64,000 bases of DNA from a virus (Duplodnaviria > Caudoviricetes). The notes below the pieces were generated by a model. That model saw only the letters and a list, made by a program, of their open reading frames with translations. It made no database searches and was not told where the DNA came from. A program made the position numbers and the translations under genes. The DNA lies in the IMG/VR virus record IMGVR_UViG_3300037601_000024, positions 8,412-72,411 of that record; one strand, given 5' to 3'. Below, one piece after another: positions 28,706 to 37,900 of this stretch (position 1 is its first letter; every line of letters begins with the position of its first letter).

Positions 28706-29271
28706 TTAAGACTATTGGCGGACTCGACTTTGAAACCACAGGTCTGCTCACGCCAGAACACCGGATCATTGAAGCATGTCTGATCACATATCGGTTCGAC
28801 ACGTCTCAGCCGGAGCTGAACAAGATCAAGCAAGAATTCACGCAGCGGATCGATCCCCAACGGAGCATCACTCCGAAGAGCCAGGAGGTTCATGGGATCA
28901 CCGCTGCGGACCTGAAGGGTGAGCCGACCTTTGACGTGGTTGGTCCGGTGCTCTCCGATCTTTGTAACGAGTGCGACATTGTCGTGGCTCACAATGGAAT
29001 GGACTTCGACTTCCCATTCCTGATCCAAGAACTGGATCGGATCGGCCATGAGCTACCGGAGTTCGAGCCTTTCGACACGATGACGGAAGGACGGTGGGCG
29101 ACACCATTCGGTGAAGTCCCCTCCCTCCAAAAACTCTGCTTCACATGCGGGGTCGATTACGATCCGGCCGAAGCACACGCCGCGCGCTATGACGTGGTGA
29201 AGATGATGGACTGTTTCTTCTGGGGTGTGCAGCACGGCCACTTCCGGATCGGGAGCGAAGAAAAGGTTTGA
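28702..29271 (+). CDS. DEDDh 3'-5' exonuclease (DnaQ/epsilon-like)
   Basis: LDFETTG, VAHN..FDF, DTM, AHAARYD. Confidence 0.9.
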   Translation: MIKTIGGLDFETTGLLTPEHRIIEACLITYRFDTSQPELNKIKQEFTQRIDPQRSITPKSQEVHGITAADLKGEPTFDVVGPVLSDLCNECDIVVAHNGMDFDFPFLIQELDRIGHELPEFEPFDTMTEGRWATPFGEVPSLQKLCFTCGVDYDPAEAHAARYDVVKMMDCFFWGVQHGHFRIGSEEKV

Positions 29272-29279
29272 CGCGCGTT

Positions 29280-29388
29280 GGACCAAGGCAGGTTGAGTGT
29301 GGTACAATAACGGTGCCTCTGTTTTGCTACGCAAGTACCAAAATGGGAACTCAACCTCCCTTGGTCCTCGGATCAAGGGAGTTCTTTT
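29280..29388 (+). promoter_or_regulatory. Candidate attenuator / antisense switch with terminator
   Basis: Nested helices 29280-88/29359-67, 29291-98/29349-56 and 29300-05/29335-40, exclusive with a CTCCCTTG/CAAGGGAG hairpin plus T tract. Confidence 0.5.
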
Positions 29389-30045
29389 ATGTCGCCTATT
29401 AACGTCGAAGCCATGCAAGATGACTGGCTTAAACAACGTATCGACAAGCTCGAACGGATAATGAAGGGGTATGTTGAGCAGGCTTTGGACAACGCCACTG
29501 TAGTGGCGCTAATCAATCAACAGGCGACCCCAACAGCAGATGAAATTGAAAACAGTCATGATCTGGCGCTCGACCTATGGAGTCAAGACGAACGGATATC
29601 TATAGATGTTCAGCTTGAGATTGATGAAAAAGAACAAAAACACGAATGGGAAGTTATGCTATTTCTTCCCTCGCTGCTCGAGGGCGACAGTGTCGTCGCG
29701 ATGTATCATTCCTCTAACTATATCGCACCAGGCGAAATCCCCATCGACGAAATTCCTTTCATTCAAGAATGGCTTCTTCGAGAGTGTGAGCGCGTTGCAT
29801 GGCATATCGAGCGGAATGAGGAAGAGAACAGAGCGAACTATCGCCACGATCGAGACAAGAAGTGGGATGAGCGCCAAGCGAGAGAAGAGCGCGAGCGTAT
29901 GGAGCTGGAACGTCAACTGGCCGCTGAAGCAGCTCGCCTAGAAGAGGAACGTCTTCAGAAAGAAGCCGCTGAGCGCCGCGCGGCCGAAGATGCCTGGATC
30001 GATCAGGAAGTCCGCCTGGCTGATCCATTGGTGGGTGCTTTTTAA
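29389..30045 (+). CDS. Hypothetical coiled-coil protein with degenerate C-terminal tag
   Basis: E/R-rich helix; ends LADPLVGAF*. Confidence 0.7.
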   Translation: MSPINVEAMQDDWLKQRIDKLERIMKGYVEQALDNATVVALINQQATPTADEIENSHDLALDLWSQDERISIDVQLEIDEKEQKHEWEVMLFLPSLLEGDSVVAMYHSSNYIAPGEIPIDEIPFIQEWLLRECERVAWHIERNEEENRANYRHDRDKKWDERQAREERERMELERQLAAEAARLEEERLQKEAAERRAAEDAWIDQEVRLADPLVGAF

Positions 30046-30087
30046 TGTGCTACAATATAAGTAATTAATGACTGACTGGAGTATGAC

Positions 30088-30426
30088 ATGCCAATTGGAA
30101 TTGTAACCTCGCAGGCCGAAATCGATTTGGTTCAGGACATCTGGCCAGAACCAACTGACGGCATGCCAAGTGTCCGGAGCGGTATCATTGAATTCGCGCC
30201 GGCCAAGTCGCGCCAGATCGTGGACGAAATTCAGAACCATAATGCCGCTGATGACGCCGCCGCTACGCGCCTCATTAACCGGATCGTAGATATCGCCGGT
30301 GCATCTTTCATTCCTGGCGATGATAACCCGATTGAAATCGACGACGAAACCGACGATATAGATCAGGAAGACAGCGCGGACGGTGAAGACTTTATCCGTG
30401 ACTGGACAGAAGAAGAATTCGAATAG
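30088..30426 (+). CDS. Hypothetical acidic protein
   Basis: GGAG RBS; D/E-rich tail. Confidence 0.6.
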   Translation: MPIGIVTSQAEIDLVQDIWPEPTDGMPSVRSGIIEFAPAKSRQIVDEIQNHNAADDAAATRLINRIVDIAGASFIPGDDNPIEIDDETDDIDQEDSADGEDFIRDWTEEEFE

Positions 30427-30464
30427 GAGCGCGCCTCCGTACTTGCTGAACTGAAATGCGCTCC

Positions 30465-30499
30465 AAGAAGCCGGACCACCCTCGTGGGTCCGGCTTCTT
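30465..30499 (+). terminator. Intrinsic terminator-like hairpin
   Basis: AAGAAGCCGGACC / GGTCCGGCTTCTT. Confidence 0.65.
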
Positions 30500-30610
30500 C
30501 ATGTCTGGCATACAGCCTTTCCCATGCGAATAGCCTTGATGGCATTAATAGTCAATGTTACATGATTATTGAGCAAGAAAGCTCACAGCAAACACGAAAC
30601 GGAGGCAACC

Positions 30611-31321
30611 ATGTCGAAGACTGCTACGAAAGCAAAAACCACCACGAAGCCGAAGGCTAACTCAGTTACGCGAACCAAAGGCAAAGCGAAGCCACGCTCG
30701 CTGAAGGACATCAAGGCGCAGAGCGAAGATGATGACATTCTCGCGGCTTTGGATGACGAAGCGACCAATACCGCCGATGACATTCTCGCGGATATCGCCA
30801 GTGCCGAGACGATCGACAAATCGGACATCTACGAAAGCCAGGAAAGCAAACTCTCTGTCGATGACACGGCGACGAAATCTTCGCCGCCGAAGAAGACTAA
30901 GCGTAAGCGCAAAGCCGCCGACGGAACCGAAAAGGAAATCCGAGCACGCCGCGAGATCGACATGACGAAGCTCGCCGAGATCTATCAGGATGCACCGAAG
31001 ATGGTCGAATCAATCACCGGTCTGCCGAAGAAGGTTCAGGACAAGGCGAAGAACGCGATGCTGGCAATGACGACCGGCGCCAGATTGTCGCAGTACACCG
31101 GATACGCCGTCGAAGCGCTGAAGATCGCGGAAGGCGGAACGATCGAGGTGGGAACTCTGCGCAGCATCCTCGAAAATCGTGGATACAAGCAAGGGACAGC
31201 AAATGCGCAAGCGCAACAGCAGATGGCACTGCTTCCGTTTCTGGGGGTAGCAGAACGGAACGGTCGCCTGCTGACACTGAAGGAAGGGGACGCCTTCACA
31301 GCGCTCGCTGCGCTCGTCTAA
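30611..31321 (+). CDS. Hypothetical protein, basic/acidic N-terminus and possible winged-helix C-terminus
   Basis: GGAGG RBS; K-rich and DDILA repeats; GTANAQAQQQMALLPFLG. Confidence 0.7.
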   Translation: MSKTATKAKTTTKPKANSVTRTKGKAKPRSLKDIKAQSEDDDILAALDDEATNTADDILADIASAETIDKSDIYESQESKLSVDDTATKSSPPKKTKRKRKAADGTEKEIRARREIDMTKLAEIYQDAPKMVESITGLPKKVQDKAKNAMLAMTTGARLSQYTGYAVEALKIAEGGTIEVGTLRSILENRGYKQGTANAQAQQQMALLPFLGVAERNGRLLTLKEGDAFTALAALV

Positions 31322-31342
31322 TCTGGGAGGATGGACGAAAGG

Positions 31343-31372
31343 AAGAGCGGTGCTTATACGGCACCGCTCTTT
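31343..31372 (+). terminator. Intrinsic terminator
   Basis: AAGAGCGGTGC / GCACCGCTCTT. Confidence 0.65.
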
Positions 31373-31549
31373 GCGCGTCTCGTAAGCGCACAGAAGCGCG
31401 AGCACTATAACCGGACACATCACACCTAATTCACAAAACGCGCGCTGAGCACCGCTTAAAATCGCTCCAGCGAAGCCAACGAAACCCGATGGATTGTAAT
31501 TCAATCTAAGGTTACAAAGAGATCATAGCAGTTGAGGAATAGATTATTT

Positions 31550-31819
31550 ATGCGAGAACTGAATATTAGAGGCTACAAGACCACGACGGAACCGATCGAA
31601 GAGGGAGATGTCGCGGTTGTTATCCGGCGAGATGGTGAAGTTGAAGTCGCGATTAAGTCGGCGGACGAAAACGGCCATAACCCTTCTGCCAATACAGAAG
31701 ACCTCCTGTCGGCGTATGCGCTCGTGACCTTGCTCGCCAACCCTGAGTTGATGGACGCCGCGCGTGCGGACGCCTTCAGCAAAGTTCAGGACGCGATGAA
31801 GTTGAGGGTTGTGAACTGA
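31550..31819 (+). CDS. Hypothetical protein
   Basis: GAGG RBS; 89 aa. Confidence 0.55.
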   Translation: MRELNIRGYKTTTEPIEEGDVAVVIRRDGEVEVAIKSADENGHNPSANTEDLLSAYALVTLLANPELMDAARADAFSKVQDAMKLRVVN

Positions 31820-31881
31820 GCCGCTTGCGTCTCAGTTCTATGTGTGTAATTGTAAGTCATTGCTGATTATGCGGAGGCGAC

Positions 31882-32769
31882 ATGACTGGTTTCCCGGTTT
31901 ATAGCGAGATCGATCCCAGCCAGTGCCTCTACCAAGGCATCCCGGCAATCGCCTTAGATGGTCAAAAGTCTACCGACTGTTGGGATCCCTGGTTGAGCGA
32001 CACAGCGCGAGCGTATGACAGTTACGCCGTTCAAACTGATCGCGCGCATAGACTGACCGATTGGTTGAATATCATCGGTGACGACAAGTGGCATGACCCC
32101 GACTTTCTTTCTCCGGAACAAATATTCCACTTGAACGCCATTCAATCTCAAATTGATTGGAATGAAAACCAATTGAAGATGCGGCGATCAGGTGAAGGGC
32201 GCAGCTATAAATCGCAGATCGCAACATTGGCCACTTCCGAAGATGACACAGTCATCACGGCAATCGATTGTCCGAAAGATTACCAACGAGACATTACCGA
32301 CCAGGGAGGCTTGGTCGCCGAGAACACCGCCACCGCGAAAGTTATTTACATCGGCGGTTTCGAATACATTTGTCGCACACAGATGAACTTTGGCAGGGAT
32401 TCCGGTACAAAGACGGTCTGGTGGGACAACGTAGGAGTGTGTGAGCCGGACGGCACCAGTCAGATGATGGAGGACATCGGCCAATACAACGTAATGTCGT
32501 CGCGCCTGAAGCGTGAGGTGACCCCTCCAGACGGCACCGGAAGTTGGGTCGACTTCGCTCGCGACCACCTACTCCCAATCCACATGGAAAAGTACGGTTT
32601 CATGCAGCCTATCGATCACCACATGGATTGGGTCGAAGAGCATATGATTGCATCGCCGCCTCTCAATTCGAAGTGGATTACCTGCGCAGCTACGCGCCTC
32701 AAGAACGCAGAGGCCAATGCTGAGCGCCTGGCATTCTATCAAGATGACGCTATGACCGCGATGTTTTAG
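31882..32769 (+). CDS. Hypothetical protein with C-terminal tag
   Basis: GGAGG RBS after operator; ends ERLAFYQDDAMTAMF*. Confidence 0.75.
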   Translation: MTGFPVYSEIDPSQCLYQGIPAIALDGQKSTDCWDPWLSDTARAYDSYAVQTDRAHRLTDWLNIIGDDKWHDPDFLSPEQIFHLNAIQSQIDWNENQLKMRRSGEGRSYKSQIATLATSEDDTVITAIDCPKDYQRDITDQGGLVAENTATAKVIYIGGFEYICRTQMNFGRDSGTKTVWWDNVGVCEPDGTSQMMEDIGQYNVMSSRLKREVTPPDGTGSWVDFARDHLLPIHMEKYGFMQPIDHHMDWVEEHMIASPPLNSKWITCAATRLKNAEANAERLAFYQDDAMTAMF

Positions 32770-32829
32770 CGTTGACACGGTAATGAATTGTCATTAATCA
32801 ATGACTATAAACCATGCAGGAGATTAAAC

Positions 32830-33243
32830 ATGGCAGACACAGAGTCCCGTTGGACCACATTCGCAGACAACATGATCGAGTTTTCGGTCACCCCACTTGA
32901 GATTCTTCCTCGCTGGTATTGGGGCGCCGCAGCGCTCGCAAGCTATGCGACCTGGCTGGCTCACTACAACACCCTTCTGGTGGCGCCTTGGTACTTGTCA
33001 TTGGCGCCTTTGTACGGACCGCTGCTGCCGGTTCTTGCTATGGTGGCCGTCGTGATCGCCATCGTGATCGTGTTGTGCGTGATCATCGGCGTTCTGTTCA
33101 TCGTCAAGGCGATCGCAATCGCGATCCAAATGATCCTTCGATACATCTACAACTCGATCAAGCGCGGCTTCACCGCTGTCGGTAATCGCGTCAAAGCCGC
33201 CTGGAACGGAACCATCGGAGCGCTCTACTCCCGCATCGCTTAG
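32830..33243 (+). CDS. Membrane protein
   Basis: Long hydrophobic segments (LLPVLAMVAVVIAIVIVLCVIIGVLFIV). Confidence 0.65.
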   Translation: MADTESRWTTFADNMIEFSVTPLEILPRWYWGAAALASYATWLAHYNTLLVAPWYLSLAPLYGPLLPVLAMVAVVIAIVIVLCVIIGVLFIVKAIAIAIQMILRYIYNSIKRGFTAVGNRVKAAWNGTIGALYSRIA

Positions 33244-33310
33244 TTCGATGCCGATTGTAAGTCATCTTTGAGTATTCTAAAACAGTGCATCAGCAACGGA
33301 GATAAGAGCA

Positions 33311-33730
33311 ATGACGTATGATGAAGCGGAACAATTCCCGGACAAACACTCGCTGCGCCACGCGCTGGTTGAGGGTTCGAAGAACACCGACCTAGATGAG
33401 GCGGTTCTCGGAATCCAAGCGATCCTGGGAATTCGGAGCGGTGACGCCGCTGCCTGCTTCTTCTCCGGACTGGATGACGATGAGTGGCCACAAATGGACG
33501 AGTTCTTTCGGTTCGAAAAACTCTACGCCTACGCTCTCATGGAACTCCAATGCGATCTGGTCGGCGCCTTTCATCAAGCACAAGAGGAGGCAGAAGATGA
33601 CAAACCTAACGCTTGCGGTGGGAACTGCGGTTCCTGCGCTAAAAAGATTTGGAACTTCGACCAAGAACCGAACGCCATTTCTGACGACGATAATGACGAT
33701 GGGCGATGCTATGTTCGCGGCACAGATTAA
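33311..33730 (+). CDS. Hypothetical protein (CGGNCGSC cluster)
   Basis: GGAG RBS after operator. Confidence 0.6.
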   Translation: MTYDEAEQFPDKHSLRHALVEGSKNTDLDEAVLGIQAILGIRSGDAAACFFSGLDDDEWPQMDEFFRFEKLYAYALMELQCDLVGAFHQAQEEAEDDKPNACGGNCGSCAKKIWNFDQEPNAISDDDNDDGRCYVRGTD

Positions 33731-34184
33731 TTACGTGACCGCCTCATACTCGAACATGATGCGCTGGTTCGCCATTCGCCAGATTTCCATCAAGGAAATG
33801 CTTGGCGGTCTGCGACAATACCGGATGCAGCTCGTGAAGAAGGCAGTCTTCAAGCGTTGGCTGGAAGACAGCATCGAGCGACACGGCCACTACAACACGT
33901 GGTCTCTGTTCGGCGAACCGGTCATCGCGCGCTTTCTGCGTCACCAGGGGTTCAAGCGTATCGAGCTGGCGGATGACCACGCATCGTTCACCGCAGGTGT
34001 CGCGCTCGGATGGCTCCCCCTCCCAGTGAAGCGTCGTCAGTTCTTCCTTCCACGGTGGGCGATCATCTACTCAGAGGTCGAAGTCCTGGCGAAGAAGAAG
34101 TCTGGCAACATTTCACACGGTGAAGCGCTGAGCCTCTTCGACACGATGGAAGTCTACGACCACCACGCAGGAGCCACATCATGA
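33711..34184 (+). CDS. Hypothetical protein
   Basis: 3' part of the 33396-34184 ORF; start uncertain. Confidence 0.5.
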   Translation: MFAAQINYVTASYSNMMRWFAIRQISIKEMLGGLRQYRMQLVKKAVFKRWLEDSIERHGHYNTWSLFGEPVIARFLRHQGFKRIELADDHASFTAGVALGWLPLPVKRRQFFLPRWAIIYSEVEVLAKKKSGNISHGEALSLFDTMEVYDHHAGATS

Positions 34185-34480
34185 ACGATATTATCTACGC
34201 ATTTGCATTTGGCATTATCGGAGCAGCAATCGGCATTGGATATGTCCAGGCTGACGCACGTCCCGGTCCCGAACAGAAGCTTCTGGCAGAAACGGCCGGC
34301 GTGCTCTGCTCCAATCACGAACACTCATCAGACGAAATGCCTCACGAGGTGTGCCGCGAGTGGTGTGAAACTCTTTTCACCAATGGTGATCAGAAGAACC
34401 ACTGCATCGTTGGGTACAACCTGCGCACGTCTGAGCTGATGGCTGTCGACACAGCGATGGAGGACATTAGTGCTCAGTAA
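34181..34480 (+). CDS. Hypothetical Cys-rich secreted/membrane protein
   Basis: N-terminal hydrophobic segment; 4 Cys. Confidence 0.55.
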   Translation: MNDIIYAFAFGIIGAAIGIGYVQADARPGPEQKLLAETAGVLCSNHEHSSDEMPHEVCREWCETLFTNGDQKNHCIVGYNLRTSELMAVDTAMEDISAQ

Positions 34481-34817
34481 GTACATCATCGCACTTGGCG
34501 CCGCGATTGGCATCGCTGCTGCCGTCGTGGACATCTCCAACATCAAGCCGATGAGCGCGAATGAGATGGCTCTGATCGCAGAGGTAGACTTTCATTGCGA
34601 GCGGTTGAGCATCAATGACGCGCGCTGTGGAGCGTGCGAGCGCATGGGTCGCAAGGATCGAGAGATTTGCACCCACTACAAAGAGCTCGCCGCGTCAGAC
34701 TACGAACAATTTTACAGACATCCGGCTCTCATGGTTTTGGATAGCGAAGTCCAATTGGCAGAGGAAAGAGACGAGCGCCGGAAACAGATCAGCGCAAGCA
34801 CCATGGCGCTACCGTAG
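34470..34817 (+). CDS. Hypothetical secreted/membrane protein
   Basis: N-terminal hydrophobic segment; Cys-rich. Confidence 0.55.
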   Translation: MLSKYIIALGAAIGIAAAVVDISNIKPMSANEMALIAEVDFHCERLSINDARCGACERMGRKDREICTHYKELAASDYEQFYRHPALMVLDSEVQLAEERDERRKQISASTMALP

Positions 34818-35062
34818 CTGTGGAATAGTTGGTGTGGGTCGGAGATCGGCTGGCTGGAATGCAATTCCTTCTGGCTTGGCAAGTAAGGTGTGAACCCGAG
34901 AAGTAGCACCCCTTGTCTATCCATAACGTGGAAGTTTGTGGCGCAAACTGAGTGTTGCGCGATATCAGGCGGAGACACCCGTGATCACATGGCTACCTTA
35001 CTTCCCGATAGTAAGTCATCGGTGAGTGAGTAAAATGAAAGAAACAAAACGGAGGCATAAGA

Positions 35063-36187
35063 ATGAAATCTCTACCGACCATCTTTAAAATGGACAGCAC
35101 AGGCAGAGTGCGAGAGTGGACAGCACAGGTTGAAGGATCGCGCTGGCGCACTGTCGCAGGTCTCACTACCGGCGCCAAGGTTACGTCCGGATGGACCGAC
35201 TGCGTCGCAAAGAGTCAGGACACCGACGAAGAGCAGGCATTGTTCGAAGCGAACGCTGCACGCGACCATAAGCTGGCGCGTGAGTATTACGACAACGTCT
35301 CGGAAGCCGCATCCGGTGTGCCGGCTATGTTCAAACCGATGCTGGCGAAAGACTTCGCGAAGATCAAGCCGGAGAAGATCACGTTCCCCTGCCTCGTTCA
35401 GCCGAAGCTCGATGGCATCCGGTGTATTGTGAAAGCTGAAGGCGCATTCACGCGTCAAAACAAACCGATCCACTCGATCCCGCACATTCTCGCCGAATTG
35501 AAGGAATTCTTCGAGCTTAACCCAGACGCGGTCTTGGATGGCGAACTCTATAACCACGACCTGCGCGAGGACTTCCAGGCGATCACCTCAATTGTGCGAC
35601 GAGAGAAGTTCAAAGACGGCGATCTCGAGCGCTCTGCCGAGCTGATCCAGTATCACGTCTATGACGCTGCCGGCGACCGTGCTGGATGGAGCGATTGCGA
35701 ACTCCGGCTTGATGAGTTCTTTACCTACACCGACGAGTGTGGGTGGGACTGGGACGCTGGTGGCGTTCGGCTTGTCGAGACCAACGTCGCCAAATCTATG
35801 CAGGACATTGATACCCTGCACGGCCAAGCGACAGCGGATGGCTATGAAGGATCGATGATCCGCCTCTCCGGTCCCTATGAGAACAAACGCAGCGGCAATC
35901 TGCTAAAACGCAAAGACTTCGACACTGCCGAATTTACTATTGAGCGTGTCGAAGAGGGTAACGGTAACTGGAAGGGATACGCCAAGCGTATCGTCTACAA
36001 GACCGCTGCCGGCCAAGAGTTTGGTTCTGGTGTTCGAGGATCCCAGGCGCAGATGAAGGAAGTGCTGGATAACGCCAGCGACTATGAAGGGTCGATCGCC
36101 ACGGTGCGATACTTCGGTCTCACCGATGACGGCATCCCTCGCTTCCCTGTCACCATCGATTTCCACGGAGAGAGCCGTGTTGATTGA
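35063..36187 (+). CDS. ATP-dependent DNA ligase
   Basis: PMLA, VQPKLDGIR (motif I KxDG), LDGELY, YHVYD, YEGSMIR, LLKRK, OB-fold PRFP. Confidence 0.93.
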   Translation: MKSLPTIFKMDSTGRVREWTAQVEGSRWRTVAGLTTGAKVTSGWTDCVAKSQDTDEEQALFEANAARDHKLAREYYDNVSEAASGVPAMFKPMLAKDFAKIKPEKITFPCLVQPKLDGIRCIVKAEGAFTRQNKPIHSIPHILAELKEFFELNPDAVLDGELYNHDLREDFQAITSIVRREKFKDGDLERSAELIQYHVYDAAGDRAGWSDCELRLDEFFTYTDECGWDWDAGGVRLVETNVAKSMQDIDTLHGQATADGYEGSMIRLSGPYENKRSGNLLKRKDFDTAEFTIERVEEGNGNWKGYAKRIVYKTAAGQEFGSGVRGSQAQMKEVLDNASDYEGSIATVRYFGLTDDGIPRFPVTIDFHGESRVD

Positions 36188-36318
36188 GGCTGAGATCGAT
36201 ATCGAATACCTGTACCGGCGGTGGGTGAACTACCTCCGCCGGAACGCGAAGAACCTGACGAGAGGCGAGCGTGTTCGACGTGCGCGCCTCTACGCCGGCC
36301 AAGGACGGAGCGTGCCAA

Positions 36319-36531
36319 TTGTCTAAGCATCCTATCTGTCCAGATTGTGGCTCGACCGATAGCCTGGTTTTGGAAACCACTGGTTATTGGGACTCTGCAA
36401 CAGGAGACTGGTGCATGTCAGACGGCAATGACGATCCGGTTTGGTGTAACGGCGGTGACGACGGTGTTTGCTCTTGGGAGGGACACTTGATGAATTTGAA
36501 GTGGGAGGGTGGTGATGGGAAAACTGTCTAA
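36319..36531 (+). CDS. Small zinc-ribbon protein
   Basis: CPDCGS...WC...C; probable TTG start. Confidence 0.55.
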   Translation: MSKHPICPDCGSTDSLVLETTGYWDSATGDWCMSDGNDDPVWCNGGDDGVCSWEGHLMNLKWEGGDGKTV

Positions 36532-36945
36532 GTTGCAAAAGCTCACTGCGCAGCTCTACGGCGGTGGCGACTATGCGCACCACGAAACCACCGAAGAAAC
36601 GCAAGATGTCGGCGACGGTCTCTACACCTTTCTCCAGCGGGAGCTCGATCCGGCCGAAGGCTGTAAAAGCGCGGCTGTAGCGATCCACCGCATTAACAGC
36701 GCCATTTATGATCTGAATTTGATCAAAGCAGCGATCATTCAACGAGAGACCAAGAGATGACCCGCAAAGAAAAAGAGGCGGTGGTCGACCTGCTCAAAGC
36801 AGCCAAGGATATGAGCGGTAACTCTATGCCGATCATAGTCCACCTCCCCTCCCAGGACGCAATCGATTTCGCGAACACCGCCATCAAAGGTCGTCGCGGC
36901 TTCAAACACATATCTTTCAAACTCAAGGAGGCAGAAAATGTCTAG
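36509..36945 (+). CDS. Two small hypothetical ORFs (36509-36760, 36757-36945)
   Basis: Overlapping start/stop codons in the operon. Confidence 0.5.
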
Positions 36946-37441
36946 AAAGTACAACGTCCGCGTCGGCGACAAAGCTCGCTGTAAGGTCTCTGGCATGACT
37001 GGAATTGTCACCGCTCGAAAAGAGCAACTGTTTGGCAATCTCCAGTTCATTATCGAGACGCATAACGACGCAGGTGATCAACCAAGCGAGTCATGGTCGA
37101 TCGATTGGCAGCAACTCGAACTGATCGAGAAGGACGTCATGGACGCCGTGAAGGCCAATCGACCAAATCACTTGGAACTTGGCGACAAAGTGGAAGACCG
37201 CATTTCCGGATACGCAGGAATCGCCACAACCATGTGGTTCTGGTTGAACGGTTGCGTTCATGTTGGCGTTGAAGGACCGGATGTGGAAGACAAACCGTCT
37301 TTCCGCCGCGACGAAGTCCACCGTTGGACCCGAAAGAAGAAAGCCGTGATCAAACCTGAAGAGGTTCCGCAGGCAAAGGAAGCCGTTGAGAAGAAGACCG
37401 GCGGTCCTTCTATGCGCATCTCCCGCGACTCTATTCGGTAA
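36938..37441 (+). CDS. Hypothetical protein with internal tandem duplication (two small beta domains)
   Basis: VGDKARCKVSGMTGIVTA...LFG vs LGDKVEDRISGYAGIATT...LNG. Confidence 0.65.
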   Translation: MSRKYNVRVGDKARCKVSGMTGIVTARKEQLFGNLQFIIETHNDAGDQPSESWSIDWQQLELIEKDVMDAVKANRPNHLELGDKVEDRISGYAGIATTMWFWLNGCVHVGVEGPDVEDKPSFRRDEVHRWTRKKKAVIKPEEVPQAKEAVEKKTGGPSMRISRDSIR

Positions 37442-37446
37442 CCCTA

Positions 37447-37475
37447 TTGTAAGTCATCTCTGACTATTGTATAAA
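37447..37475 (+). promoter_or_regulatory. Sigma70-like promoter with embedded operator (type example of about 30 copies)
   Basis: TTGTAA-N17-TATAAA with AGTCA-TCTC-TGACT at 37452-37465; same geometry at 43478-43506. Confidence 0.75.
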
Positions 37476-37507
37476 AGCTTAAAGCAAGACAAACGGAGGT
37501 GACTTAC

Positions 37508-37900
37508 ATGACACTGACACGCGAACGAACTCAGATGATCAACCGTGAAGCGCAGACAGCTCTGGAAGCTGTAGCGCGCAAGCACGGTCTCGCGGTCCAA
37601 CCACAAGGTGGCTCATGTGACGCAGAAGGTCTCAGTGCCACGTTGAAGTTTATGTTCACGGACGTGACGACTGACGGCCAACCAATGACGCCAGAATTCG
37701 TCGCGCTCCGCTACAAGTATCCGGAGATCGCCGGGTACACTTTCTACGTTCCTGGCAAAGGCTATGTGAAACCGATCGGCTTCAACAGTCGTGCCAAGAA
37801 GTACCCATACATCTACAAAATGTGCAGCACCGGCGAGGTCTACAAGACCAGCAAGTGGATCATTGACGCCTGCACTCCAGAACGCCGAGAGGAGGCATAA
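37508..37900 (+). CDS. Hypothetical protein
   Basis: GGAGG RBS 8 nt upstream. Confidence 0.6.
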   Translation: MTLTRERTQMINREAQTALEAVARKHGLAVQPQGGSCDAEGLSATLKFMFTDVTTDGQPMTPEFVALRYKYPEIAGYTFYVPGKGYVKPIGFNSRAKKYPYIYKMCSTGEVYKTSKWIIDACTPERREEA

